IMG/VR virus record: IMGVR_UViG_2907128583_000005
Span: 32,001 to 96,000 of that record
From: a virus
Lineage: Duplodnaviria; Caudoviricetes
DNA length: 64,000 nucleotides
Reading direction: 5' to 3' (one strand)
Each line of letters starts with the position of its first letter. Position 1 is the first letter of the stretch. The notes below the pieces were generated by a model. It saw only the letters and a program-made list of their open reading frames with translations. It did no database searches and was not told the origin of the DNA. Shown here piece by piece: positions 53,627-63,902 of the stretch. A program made the position numbers and the translations under genes.

Positions 53627-56287
53627 TTATTTTGATACGGATATTACATGTGGGATTCCTCGTTGCTTGTCCTTTATAAATACTTCATTCGTATCCAAGT
53701 TAACAATCTGATAATCTCTATACATATCCACGTACCACCACAACACATAAGAAACGTGTTCTAATGAACTCCATATAGTCGCTTTATTGGTAGTCTCAAC
53801 GTCTTCATATGGATGATCAGTACCCGAATCTACATGTAAGAGATACTTATCTGTCGCCACATCTTGAATTACAAACCTGTAGTGTATATCTGTCATTGCT
53901 GTTTCTCCTCTCTGAACGTAGATAATCCTTAATAACATTTATGAATCTGAGTCCTAAAATAAAGTCTCCGTGATTAATATTGGTTTCAGTGGTTGTCCAT
54001 TCTGTTTCATATCCATGCGCAATCAATATAGACTGAATTTCATTTATAAATTCTCCTTGCTCCCCTTGGTTGTACCGATAAAAATTCATTTTATTCCACC
54101 TTATAAAATAGTAGTTTTACTCATCATTTTATTGTTTTTCCATTCGCTCTGCTGCTTCATCAATAAGTGCTTCAAATGATTGTTTAGTCGTTTTAGCCAT
54201 CATCATCCATCCTTCAATTTCCCAAGGCGACATCTCAGTATTGATATCTCGAAACTTGCTTGACAGACCCTGAATCTCTTGTTGAAGATAATAAAATCGT
54301 TTATAAAACCCTACATCTGTTATAATAGGATGTTTTCGTGTATCTGGCTCATGATAAACTGAATTTACATCAGTCCAGAAAATCTCACCGTTCTCTACTT
54401 CTACATACAAATTATCTCCAACCACTTCTTTTACCAATGCTTGCAAACCAATATTAAAATCATTATCACTTCTTGCGATTTCAACATATGTATCTTTTAA
54501 ATAAGAATAATCCTTTGTTTTAATCTTCATTTTTAACTGTCTCCTATAATAGTTTTTATTTACTAACTTTTACTCAGCATAATTATGACGATCTTTAAAC
54601 ATTCTTTTAAATCTCATTAAGGTTACTTCATCTAATCCAAACTCTGTTGCGTCCGCAATTAAAACTAATTCAAAATGTTTGTCTGTGTAATAGTCACTCA
54701 ATGAGAGAAAATGCATTTCATTTACATCGTTATATGTAAAAATTTCGTCCCTCTTTGCATCATAACAAAAGAGATATTCTTTTCCTGCTTCGAAACAATG
54801 ATCCGCTTCTTCGTTTGGTTTTCTTCCATATATGATCATGGACTCTCTACATCTTACTCTAGCTAACATCAATTTCCTTTCGTTACGTCTATTCCCCAAC
54901 ACTATCTCTCCTTTTTATAAAATCTTGTTTTTACTTTTTAATATTTGAATCTACACCGAGTTTTAAATTTATAACTACTCATACTAACTCCAACCAAGCG
55001 TTCAATTTCATCTTTGTACTTCTTTCTTCTAGTCAAGAAATATAATATCTTATTTCTTCGAATTTTTTTTTGTATCTCTTTACTACTCAACCAGAATTCG
55101 TTGAGATCTTTCATTGGTCAATCACTTTCCATTCTCCTGTAGAAATCATCTCTTTAACTTGTTCAATAGAATATTGAAGCTGCCAATACGAGATAGGAGT
55201 TGTAACAATATAGAAGTTACCGCATTTGTCAGCCTTACATTTGACTTCTTTGGTAGTAAAATAAAATGAATCTTTTAGTTCGATTTCGTACTTGGTATTA
55301 CTTTTACTTGTTAACTCATTAAGTTCTTTAAGCAGTGAATACATCGCTTTATCCTTCAAAGAAATCAATTCATTAATATATTCATCAGTAAATTCGTTTC
55401 TTCTCATATCAATTTGTTGCTTTAGATAACTAATCCGTTTTTCTTTCTCTACTCGTTCTACGTGACTCTTCGTGTCTACCTTGGACACAATCCATCTTGT
55501 AGGCTTAACCCCTTGATTGGAATCCGTAATTCTTAGTACTCTACCTGTTTCATAGCCATTTTGAGTGTCACAAACAACTAAATCGTCTTTTTTCAAATCA
55601 ATGTCAGTGTAAAATGCGTATGGTGTTTGACTTCCGTTGTGTTTTACAATTGCAATTTTAGCCATATGTATTATTCTCCTTTTATTTGCTGTATGCCTGA
55701 GACCAATTCTTATATTCATCTGCTCTAATAGCAAAATAATCGCCATCATGTTGAAAACATTTATAAGCAATAAGTGTATTAACCGAGTTTTTAATATTCA
55801 CTCTATCCCCGATAGATACGGGAATCCATTGATACGGCTCATTAATTTCATCAAGCCAAAACAAGAAATTTTCCCATTCTAGCTTTGATACAATTTGAAA
55901 GTTGTCTGCTTTAAACAAATCACCACCTCCTTGTAAAAGTATATTTTTATCAACTCAGAGAGTTGTTTATTCTGCCAATTCTAGATTAAAATTCACCTGA
56001 TGATGAAGTACCCATCCAGTTGCATTTTGGTTAACGTTGTGACAATAATATCTATCTTCTGGAATATCATTATCACTTGCGGGAATAGTATCTAAGATCC
56101 ATAACATATCTTCATTTTCCCAATTGTAGCAATCTAATTGGTCGTCTTTAACCCAGCAGATTCCGTCCAGAATTAGTTCGTTTTTTTCGTTGTATCTAAT
56201 GTTTGGTTCATAGATACTAACTCTATTCTTTTCAATTTCAGCAAACATTTTTACGTTCCCCCTTTCTTCATGAAACTCCTCTTTCAC
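53627..56287 (-). CDS. Run of small phage hypothetical ORFs
   Basis: 53627-, 53847-54089, 54129-54530, 54570-54902, 55111-, 55682-55918, 55967-. Confidence 0.55.
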
Positions 56288-56336
56288 TAATTCTATATTT
56301 CTATTATAATTAGTGTAAAAAGTTAGGAAGTTTACA

Positions 56337-56645
56337 ATGAATAACAGTGTTTCAAAGGTTAAAATTGATGACTATTATACAAATAACGGAACAAGCTTTT
56401 GCGACCTATTAATATATTTAGATGACAATTCAATAATAAAAGCAAAAGCAAAAGAGATTGAAGGAACTTGGATCTTTTATTCTGCCGACTTTACTACTCG
56501 TCCTTGCCCCAACTGTAAGCAAATAGCTTGGTGTCATTGTGCTAAGAAACTTCTTTCCTTCCCAGACAAACCACTTAACAAATTTATAAAACAAGAACTT
56601 ATGGTATATCGCTTAGGAGATCCGTTTAATTACTGGAGTAAATAA
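56337..56645 (+). CDS. Counter-oriented small Cys-rich protein
   Basis: CPNC..WCHC; its stop codon forms the left arm of the palindrome at 56643. Confidence 0.6.
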   Translation: MNNSVSKVKIDDYYTNNGTSFCDLLIYLDDNSIIKAKAKEIEGTWIFYSADFTTRPCPNCKQIAWCHCAKKLLSFPDKPLNKFIKQELMVYRLGDPFNYWSK

Positions 56646-56659
56646 AATTCAAATTTTAT

Positions 56660-57350
56660 TTATTTCTCAATTTTATACGAAATGATCTCAGCACTAACGA
56701 TAGAATCTTCAACGTCTCCAATATCTATTAGTACTCTTTTTTTACCATTAAACAATACTACTTCCTGAATATATCCAGCTTCATCTACGCTGTTAATATG
56801 CTTCTTGTTGAGTTCATGTTCGACGGGAATAAAATCTCCATCTGCAACAGAACTGATAGCCGTCTTAAGGATTGAACTCCCCATTGTGTTTCCCCCAACT
56901 TCATATATTATTGCTCCTTTATAATCTTCAAACATTAGGGTAACTTTCACTTGATGGATATTAGAATATCCAGGGTTGTAAAATTTCATTTGTTTGTCTC
57001 CTTTTCTTTATATAAAATCCAACTTTTATATGGTCACATTAGCATGTTTGAGAGGTTGTTAGCTGTGTATGAAATTCCGATCAACCTCTACTATGTATCA
57101 ATCATCATTTTAATTTATAGAATACTTTTCTAGAGCACATCATGAAAGAACTCGATTCAAAACCTGCATCGTTTACTATAAATAACTCAGCTTCGCCTAT
57201 ACTACTAATACTAGATTCCCACCTACCTAAAACATATAATTCCCCCTCTGTTAAATCTAATCCCCCACATAAATTCTTAGTGATAAAAACATGAGTTGCT
57301 ACGCTTAAATCCTCTGTCGGCTCTAAGCTGGCAAGTTGATGACTAGACAT
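56660..57350 (-). CDS. Two phage hypothetical ORFs (56660-56989, 57105-57350)
   Basis: RBS present for both. Confidence 0.55.
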
Positions 57351-57379
57351 GTGACCATCCCTCTCTGTTTCATATTTTC

Positions 57380-57408
57380 ATTATATTTATTTGTTTAATA
57401 TAAGTCAA
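57380..57408 (-). promoter_or_regulatory. Near-consensus sigma-A promoter, similar to the one at 44372
   Basis: TTGACT-N17-TATAAT. Confidence 0.75.
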
Positions 57409-57459
57409 CAGTTTTATTTCATTATTTATAATTGTTTAACTGACAGTGTTTCAGCTTAT

Positions 57460-57485
57460 AAAAAAGGGAGGTTCTTACGCCTCCA
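57460..57485 (-). terminator. Intrinsic terminator after the primase gene
   Basis: ggagg / cctcc stem with an A run on the plus strand. Confidence 0.6.
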
Positions 57486-57508
57486 TTTAGATAAAAACTA
57501 TATTTTAC

Positions 57509-58582
57509 TCAGACTGATACTTTGAATTTACACTCCTCATATAGAGTATTGAATACATCTTCTCCTCTGTCACATGGACTGTCTTTGTCCTTAAACAAGT
57601 TTCTATTGTCATATAAAGCATACACATTTCTAGTTTTCCCGAACTTAGCTGCTTGTTTTCTTACTGCTTCTACTGGCTTGTCTTTATCTAACGCTATAAC
57701 TATCTCTACATCATGGCTTAATTCCTTTATCATCTCAACCTGCCATTCACTTAGATCGTCACCACTAATAGCAACACAGTTTCGATGACCGTATTGACTA
57801 ATTAACCAGCAAGTTTTTTCACCTTCAAATATCAATATCTCTTTTCTTTCTAATATGTAATACAAGGCTCGATGCCAATTGTAAAGTTCAATCATCTTGT
57901 TGAAATTGATAAGATATAAGAACTTATAAATATTCTTCTCTTCGTAGTCACCAAATATGGTTCTTCCTTTTATAGATACAATATCCCCAAAGCGATTGTG
58001 TATGGGGAAGATTATACGTTGGCTTCTTAAGTCAAAGCCTATTTGAAATTCTCGCTGTATTTCGCATGACACCCCCTCATCTAAATAAGTTTGATGAGGG
58101 TACATGACAAATTGATTTAATATTTCATCATCATAGGTGTCATTCTCAAGGTTACTTAACTCTCTTTTTTTCTTACGTTTCCGTCTAACATCCTTGAGCC
58201 AATCGAGTTGAACTAAACTAGGTGGAGGCATATAGCTGCTGTCTAAAAATTCTTTGTAGCCTAATTGTTCACATATCCATCTTTTAGCTTTAGGCAATCC
58301 TCTTTGTCTGTCATCTTCTGATATTTGATCAAAAACTATATAAGATACTAATCCATAAATATCTATATCTGACTCTCCAAGCGTCCTAATTCTGCTTGAT
58401 AGGCTTTCATTTAAATAAACTTGAACTGATCTTTTATTTGGCGATTCAAATTTGTGGGGGAGTTGCGCCTCGTAGCGATTATTCTTTTTTTCTACATATT
58501 CGCAACCCATTGCTTCTAAAAGTTCTCCAACCCTTGATTCCTCTATGATTCTTTCCTTTATTAACTTCAGATCATTGCTCAT
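57509..58582 (-). CDS. Phage DNA primase (TOPRIM)
   Basis: RIIFPIHN..KGR, IFEGEK, IALDKD, KDSPCD. Confidence 0.85.
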   Translation of the reverse strand: MSNDLKLIKERIIEESRVGELLEAMGCEYVEKKNNRYEAQLPHKFESPNKRSVQVYLNESLSSRIRTLGESDIDIYGLVSYIVFDQISEDDRQRGLPKAKRWICEQLGYKEFLDSSYMPPPSLVQLDWLKDVRRKRKKKRELSNLENDTYDDEILNQFVMYPHQTYLDEGVSCEIQREFQIGFDLRSQRIIFPIHNRFGDIVSIKGRTIFGDYEEKNIYKFLYLINFNKMIELYNWHRALYYILERKEILIFEGEKTCWLISQYGHRNCVAISGDDLSEWQVEMIKELSHDVEIVIALDKDKPVEAVRKQAAKFGKTRNVYALYDNRNLFKDKDSPCDRGEDVFNTLYEECKFKVSV

Positions 58583-58601
58583 GCTGCTCCTCCAAAGGAG
58601 T

Positions 58602-60092
58602 TTAACGTCCATTATTAGGTACGACTACTAATGCTACCTCTTTCCAAATATTAAAATCATAATTCACTTCAAACACTATTTGCTCATCCTCAGATCCTTC
58701 ACGGTTTTTAGGTAGGAACAGAATGAGATATTTTTTCCCCGGGTCTAATTTATACGGTTTCTTGTGCCATCCACCAAAACCACTATCCTTCTCCCAGTTA
58801 TATGGATCTAATTCGTTTTTTCCACCGGGATATTCGTCTGCAAAAATCAATCTGCCAGCCATTACAACGGCTGCTACTTCTACAATCTCTGGTGATTTAC
58901 CAATACAATCTAAATCTATGTATCTAAACTCTTTACCAATTTTAAGTTGAACTGTTGCTATTGTGGCGCAATTATTAGACTCTTCTTTGATACAGTCATA
59001 CAGTTCTTGAGCTGAGTTGGAGAAAGCAAGCCATCGCTCTACGTTCTGTGATAAATCAGGTTTAAATGTATCAAAATAAATATGCTTATAACCTAATGGT
59101 CTATAAAGTTCTATTCTATTAATGACGTCTTCAATTCGATACTTCTTGAGCTGCACGAATTTAATAAAGTCTGGACGGTGTGTCTGCAACCATTCGGCAG
59201 CTTCTTTCAGGGTTTGTTTGATTTCTGCACTAAATCCACCCCTGTTAACCGTATCTCGTGCCACTGGCTTTTTCAAAATTCTTGCGGCAACGGTCACTAG
59301 AAGTCTTGTCCTCCATCTTTTTATCCCTTCTTCATTTGCAAAGATAATTCCTTTTTCTCCGCTCTCAAGTAACCCCAAAACGCCTTTCTCAGTTAAAATG
59401 CTTGATTTCCCCACACCTGAAGGAAGAACGAGATACATTAAGTTTCCAAGCTTTTGCCCGTTGATCTTCTTATTTAGCCTAGGAGACTCGAATAGCGGTA
59501 TTCCTGCATCTTCTCCTGCCTCCAATTGATCAATGGTCTCATCTAGATTATCTATAAGATTGTATTCAATTACTTCTCCACTATTTACATGAGAAAAGGA
59601 TTCTTTGTGTTTAAATTGAAAGAAGCTTTGCATCTGTTTAAGTGACATATTAGCCAATTTTGAAACCAGATTTGTGTTACTAATATCCAATAACCCTTGC
59701 TTTTGAAGATTACGAAGTGACTCATATTTTTGTACTTCGCTAAAATGATATTCATCATTTCCTTTGTCTCCGTCACACTCTGATACGACTTCATCAATTG
59801 TTGAGAAGCCGCCATAATCATTATAATAATCAAAGTATGACTTCTTGCCATTTTCAGAAGGCTTAGATGTAATAAATGAGTAAGTGGTTACATCATCAAA
59901 TAATCGAATACCACTTTCATACATCTCTTTTCCAATGTAAAAGTAGAACCACCATATACCCTCTGTAAAAGTATCTTTACTAATTTTATGGGTTTTATAT
60001 TTACCGTATAGACTTGGTGTGTTCCATAAATAACCGATAAATATAGACTCATGAACTTTCGATGGATCTACAAATTCTTTGATATATTCTAT
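58602..60092 (-). CDS. DnaB-like replicative helicase
   Basis: PSGVGKS Walker A, IFANEE, YFDTFK, TVQL, KNREG. Confidence 0.85.
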   Translation of the reverse strand: MEYIKEFVDPSKVHESIFIGYLWNTPSLYGKYKTHKISKDTFTEGIWWFYFYIGKEMYESGIRLFDDVTTYSFITSKPSENGKKSYFDYYNDYGGFSTIDEVVSECDGDKGNDEYHFSEVQKYESLRNLQKQGLLDISNTNLVSKLANMSLKQMQSFFQFKHKESFSHVNSGEVIEYNLIDNLDETIDQLEAGEDAGIPLFESPRLNKKINGQKLGNLMYLVLPSGVGKSSILTEKGVLGLLESGEKGIIFANEEGIKRWRTRLLVTVAARILKKPVARDTVNRGGFSAEIKQTLKEAAEWLQTHRPDFIKFVQLKKYRIEDVINRIELYRPLGYKHIYFDTFKPDLSQNVERWLAFSNSAQELYDCIKEESNNCATIATVQLKIGKEFRYIDLDCIGKSPEIVEVAAVVMAGRLIFADEYPGGKNELDPYNWEKDSGFGGWHKKPYKLDPGKKYLILFLPKNREGSEDEQIVFEVNYDFNIWKEVALVVVPNNGR

Positions 60093-60111
60093 TGTTACCA
60101 CTCCTAACGAA

Positions 60112-60693
60112 TTACACAAAATCAGAAATGTCTAAATCATCTCGTTTATTAATATATATATTTTTAGTTGTAAGAGATTGATCTCTTTTAGACTCTTGTT
60201 TTTCAACTCGTTTTACTGCTTCTAATTGTTTCTTTTTATTCTGTCTAATTCTCCAAGCATCATTTAAATGGCTCATCATAGTAGAGATTGTATAATTGAC
60301 CTGATTAACGTCGTTCCAATCTCCGATCTTTGTAGACATTGCATATAAGTTGTTTTTCTCAGATAGCCTATAAGCTTCAAGCATTAGAGCATAGTCAGGC
60401 CCTGTTCTCCACTTTGGAATTTTCTTGCCTTTTTTATACTCAAAGCCAGCACGAAGATGCTTTAATCTTGTTATATTTGCTATTGATAGTGTAACTAAAT
60501 CGTGAAACTTTATTATGTATTGATATAACTCATCCCATTGCTCATTTTCAATTCTAGTTGCCTCTTGTTCTTTCTTAAACCTCTCATAACAGTATTCTTT
60601 ATGGTAATACCTTTTGTGTTCTAAAATCATATCTTCTCTAAGTCCATATTGACTGCAAATTGGACACTTAACTGGTCTTGCCAGTTTAATCAC
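60112..60693 (-). CDS. Zinc-finger protein in the replication operon
   Basis: CPIC..YYHKEYC; precedes the helicase. Confidence 0.6.
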   Translation of the reverse strand: MIKLARPVKCPICSQYGLREDMILEHKRYYHKEYCYERFKKEQEATRIENEQWDELYQYIIKFHDLVTLSIANITRLKHLRAGFEYKKGKKIPKWRTGPDYALMLEAYRLSEKNNLYAMSTKIGDWNDVNQVNYTISTMMSHLNDAWRIRQNKKKQLEAVKRVEKQESKRDQSLTTKNIYINKRDDLDISDFV

Positions 60694-60698
60694 CCCCT

Positions 60699-61535
60699 TC
60701 AGAATTTAAAACATTCAAACTCAGGCAATCTCAACAAATTGTTTTTCGTAAACCCTCTATGTTTAACTACGCACTTAATAACTTCTTTAATGTAGACTGT
60801 ACTTTCTGTTTCCTTTACTTTAAGCTGCTGGAATACCTTGTACCCTGCTTTTCTCTCATTTGAGCCTACCGCTAAAGTTAAGACACCTGCTATTCGTTCG
60901 CCATCAGATAGTAGCCAACCAAATTCATCTTTTTTATAACCAGCAATGTAGTACTCACCAACATCATAGGCAATTACTTTAAGCCACTTATCTGATCTTT
61001 TGTCAATCTCATATTTCGAATTTATTTCTTTCTGAACGGTTCCTTCAAGCTTTTGTTGCTTAGTAAGATTAAAGTACTCAACTCCGTGTCCCAAGATGAA
61101 TTTTGTCTTTTTGTAATAATCATTATCCTTAAATGCTGACTCCAGTATCTCTTTACGCTCAATTAACGGCAAGTGGGTAACACTTTTTCCATTATAATTA
61201 ATGATATCGAATGCACAAAAAGTTACTTTGTGTTTACTTTTTCTTGATTTAAACCTTTCCATAACTGATTCAAAATTTGGTTTTCCTTCTGAGTCAGTAA
61301 CAATTAGTTCCCCATCTAGAGTTGTTCCATTTTCAATTGGAATATTATCAATAAGCTCAGGGAACTTGCCAGTTACTTCGTTCTTATGTCGTGTATATAG
61401 CCTTACTCCATCTCGCGTATCTACAAGAAGTCTTATCCCATCAAGCTTTAACTCTGTTAAATGCAAATTACTGTTAAATGGCTCATTGTTATCTGCCTTA
61501 TGCAGAAGCATTGGAGATACAAACATATTCATCAC
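60699..61535 (-). CDS. ATP-dependent DNA ligase (minimal type)
   Basis: ELKLDGIR, LDGEL, AFDI, EGTVQK, WLKV. Confidence 0.9.
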   Translation of the reverse strand: MMNMFVSPMLLHKADNNEPFNSNLHLTELKLDGIRLLVDTRDGVRLYTRHKNEVTGKFPELIDNIPIENGTTLDGELIVTDSEGKPNFESVMERFKSRKSKHKVTFCAFDIINYNGKSVTHLPLIERKEILESAFKDNDYYKKTKFILGHGVEYFNLTKQQKLEGTVQKEINSKYEIDKRSDKWLKVIAYDVGEYYIAGYKKDEFGWLLSDGERIAGVLTLAVGSNERKAGYKVFQQLKVKETESTVYIKEVIKCVVKHRGFTKNNLLRLPEFECFKF

Positions 61536-61608
61536 CCATTTAACAGTATATCAAATGAGTATATGCTATTTCTGCGGTAAGTTATGTATATCGTTTAAAA
61601 TGAAGATT

Positions 61609-61782
61609 TTATTCAATCTCATGATACACTTGTAAAACATTTGCGTTGTCGATTAATTGATCGTGTTCATCCAATACCATAATGAATGAATCATCCATTG
61701 GAATATAGACACCCGTTTCATTGAGGTGCTTTACAATGATCTTCCTAACCTCTTCTAGACTTAGTGTATATCCGGCTGTCAT
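61609..61782 (-). CDS. 57-aa hypothetical ORF (not in the ORF track)
   Basis: MTAGYTLSLEEVRK..HEIE; stop lies in a palindrome arm. Confidence 0.55.
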   Translation of the reverse strand: MTAGYTLSLEEVRKIIVKHLNETGVYIPMDDSFIMVLDEHDQLIDNANVLQVYHEIE

Positions 61783-61994
61783 TCCATCTCCTCCTCGATT
61801 AACTCAAAGCGCTTGACACCATTGTTTGTATATCCAAAGAACATATCTACTGGTCTAGCCCAAATGTTATTATCTTTATCCTTGTAGATCACCAAACCAT
61901 CCATTGTTTCAGTGTGTGTAGCCATACTGACAATTGTGTAGTAATTTCCTTTATAATGCTTGTATCTAGCTCCCTTAGTTACTTCGTACACCAT
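61779..61994 (-). CDS. DUF1653 family protein
   Basis: YKHYKGNYY..ATHTET..VIYK..WARPVDMF. Confidence 0.85.
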   Translation of the reverse strand: MVYEVTKGARYKHYKGNYYTIVSMATHTETMDGLVIYKDKDNNIWARPVDMFFGYTNNGVKRFELIEEEME

Positions 61995-62033
61995 TTATTT
62001 TCCTCCACTATGTATTTTGGTAAAATTGAACTT

Positions 62034-62891
62034 TTACTCAAAAACCTCTTCGTCTGTACTATGTATGTATTGATCCAGCTCTTCTTCGTCGAATACTTTA
62101 TCTATCACTTCTGATACCCATTCTAATGATACTGTGAAATCACTATCTTGTTTTTTCTTATCTTTTATTGCTTCGATTACCGTTTTGAATAATGACAAGT
62201 CTACACCAGTGAGTTGTTCCTCTAGTACTGTCGGGTCGTTTAGATTGAGATCGCCACATTGTAGAATCATCTTCAGATATTGGCCTGCGTTGATTGACCA
62301 CCCTCTTTCAATGTACTTGCGAGAGCGTACAATAGAAGCTACTGGATATTTAGATCCTACATATTTTAAGTCTTTTGTTATAATGGACTCTAAAGCTTTC
62401 TGAGGTAAAACTAATTCATTCTTGTGTGGAATATAATAACAAGTACAATGAACAAAATCGTAGTTTTCGTGGACTTCTTCGGGATCTCCATAAAATCTAG
62501 TAATTAACTGCACATTATCAGATAGTGTAATGGCGTTTGTTGAAAGAAAAACTGGATTAAAACCTTCTTTGTATTTGGCTTTTGCTACTCCTCGACTTGG
62601 TACAAATACACTAACTCTGTCCTTAATTTTTTTAACTGTAGCTCCATATGTATCATTTGTACTTCGATTAAATTTGTTCACATAATATTCTGCTACTTGT
62701 ATACATGACTCTTGATCCATAAAGTAATAATCATAATCATTAGGGTCTTCTTCGAGTAATAGTGAAACAATAGCGCCTCCTGTAATAAATGATTTCTCAT
62801 TAACCAACTTAGCAATTTCTTCATTTTTAATTGACGCAATAAAGCTTCGATGAGCTTCTTGTAGTTTTCTTTTTATGCTTCTAATGTTCAT
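62034..62891 (-). CDS. Nucleotidyltransferase-superfamily phage protein
   Basis: ITGGAIVSLL..NDYDYYF (hGG..DxD), YDFVHC, RKYIERGW. Confidence 0.65.
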   Translation of the reverse strand: MNIRSIKRKLQEAHRSFIASIKNEEIAKLVNEKSFITGGAIVSLLLEEDPNDYDYYFMDQESCIQVAEYYVNKFNRSTNDTYGATVKKIKDRVSVFVPSRGVAKAKYKEGFNPVFLSTNAITLSDNVQLITRFYGDPEEVHENYDFVHCTCYYIPHKNELVLPQKALESIITKDLKYVGSKYPVASIVRSRKYIERGWSINAGQYLKMILQCGDLNLNDPTVLEEQLTGVDLSLFKTVIEAIKDKKKQDSDFTVSLEWVSEVIDKVFDEEELDQYIHSTDEEVFE

Positions 62892-62964
62892 TCAATCTCT
62901 CCTCTATATAATTAGTATTAATATTGATCCTTATCTCATTTTCGTTATTTTTGTATATTTAATA

Positions 62965-63234
62965 TTATTTAATTACTACTTCCATTTCCAAAGCCACAAC
63001 TAACTTCATCAAAAAATCAAAGCTTGGTACATATTTGTTTTCTTCCAGTTGAGTAATTTTAGTGACTTCCACTTTTGCAAGATCAGCCAGCTCGTCAATA
63101 TCTATGTTATTGTCTTTACATTTTTTTACGAGTGCATTTGTCAATTTTGCTTTCATTGCAATTTCTTTTTTCTCATTTTCGGACTTATAGTTTAATCTAC
63201 TTTTCAAATCTGTCCATGTTTTATATTGCTCCAT
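62965..63234 (-). CDS. XRE-family HTH protein
   Basis: ELADLAKV..ITQLEE..PSFDFLMKLVVAL. Confidence 0.75.
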   Translation of the reverse strand: MEQYKTWTDLKSRLNYKSENEKKEIAMKAKLTNALVKKCKDNNIDIDELADLAKVEVTKITQLEENKYVPSFDFLMKLVVALEMEVVIK

Positions 63235-63250
63235 ATTTATCTTTCCTCCT

Positions 63251-63902
63251 TTAAACTAGCAATGTTCCAAAGTTATCACTTACTCTGACTTCGTAAACTC
63301 CTTTAAGTCTCCAAACCTCTTCCTTATGTAGCTTAGTCTTTAAGTGTACAAAGCTAACTTTGATTTTTGGATAATATACTTCTCCATACTCCTTCAACAA
63401 TTCAGGTTGCTTAGTATATACGAAATACTCGTTCAACATATCACCTCCTTGTTTTAATGAAACTACATCATTTCTTTCTCGTATCCAATCTACATTTTAC
63501 GGTAATTTTGTATGTATTTTTTCAATATATAATTCTTCGCTTTGTTGCATTAATGAATCAATTTCATCATTAAGTCGCAATATTTCATTTTTATTATCAT
63601 CTTCTACCGCGACATGTAGTTCCTCGTATTTCCAACCTAATTGATGGTAAAGTTCCGACAGATTTTCATAGAGACTCAAAATATCACCTCCTTCTCGTAG
63701 TGGAATCAACCTTTTATCTTCTTCTTCCTCTTCTTATTCTCGTTCTTTGTATACTGTTATGTTTCTCTATCATCTTATCTTTTTTTCTTATTTCTTTTTT
63801 ATAATTATCAGAGATTTTACCAATATGCTTTTCAATTTTTTTCATTTCCTCGTAAACATCTTTAATATCTCTAGGAACAGAATTTACATAACCTGCGTAC
63901 AT
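63251..63902 (-). CDS. Three small phage hypothetical ORFs
   Basis: 63251-63439, 63497-63709, 63714-63902. Confidence 0.5.

Larger units (their letters stand above)
18378..63716. repeat. Dispersed palindrome TAAAA-N6-TTTTA at gene junctions
   Basis: Exact copies start at 18378, 22651, 25348, 26519, 27683, 29464, 31766, 32574, 33203, 43087, 44440, 46180, 47726, 48342, 49891, 50473, 54104, 54918, 55934, 56643, 57013, 57492, 61596, 62021; degenerate copies at 31410, 44665, 45066, 49025, 63484, 63701. Confidence 0.9.

Noticed and set aside
54079-54093. Extra TAAAA..TTTTA copy
   Set aside because: The spacer is 5 nt, not 6, so it was not counted.
18378-63716. Palindromes as a CRISPR array or as intrinsic terminators
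   Set aside because: They are dispersed and separated by whole genes, with no cas genes. The A/U-only 5-6 bp stems are too weak for terminators, and real terminators occur separately next to some copies (46156, 57460).
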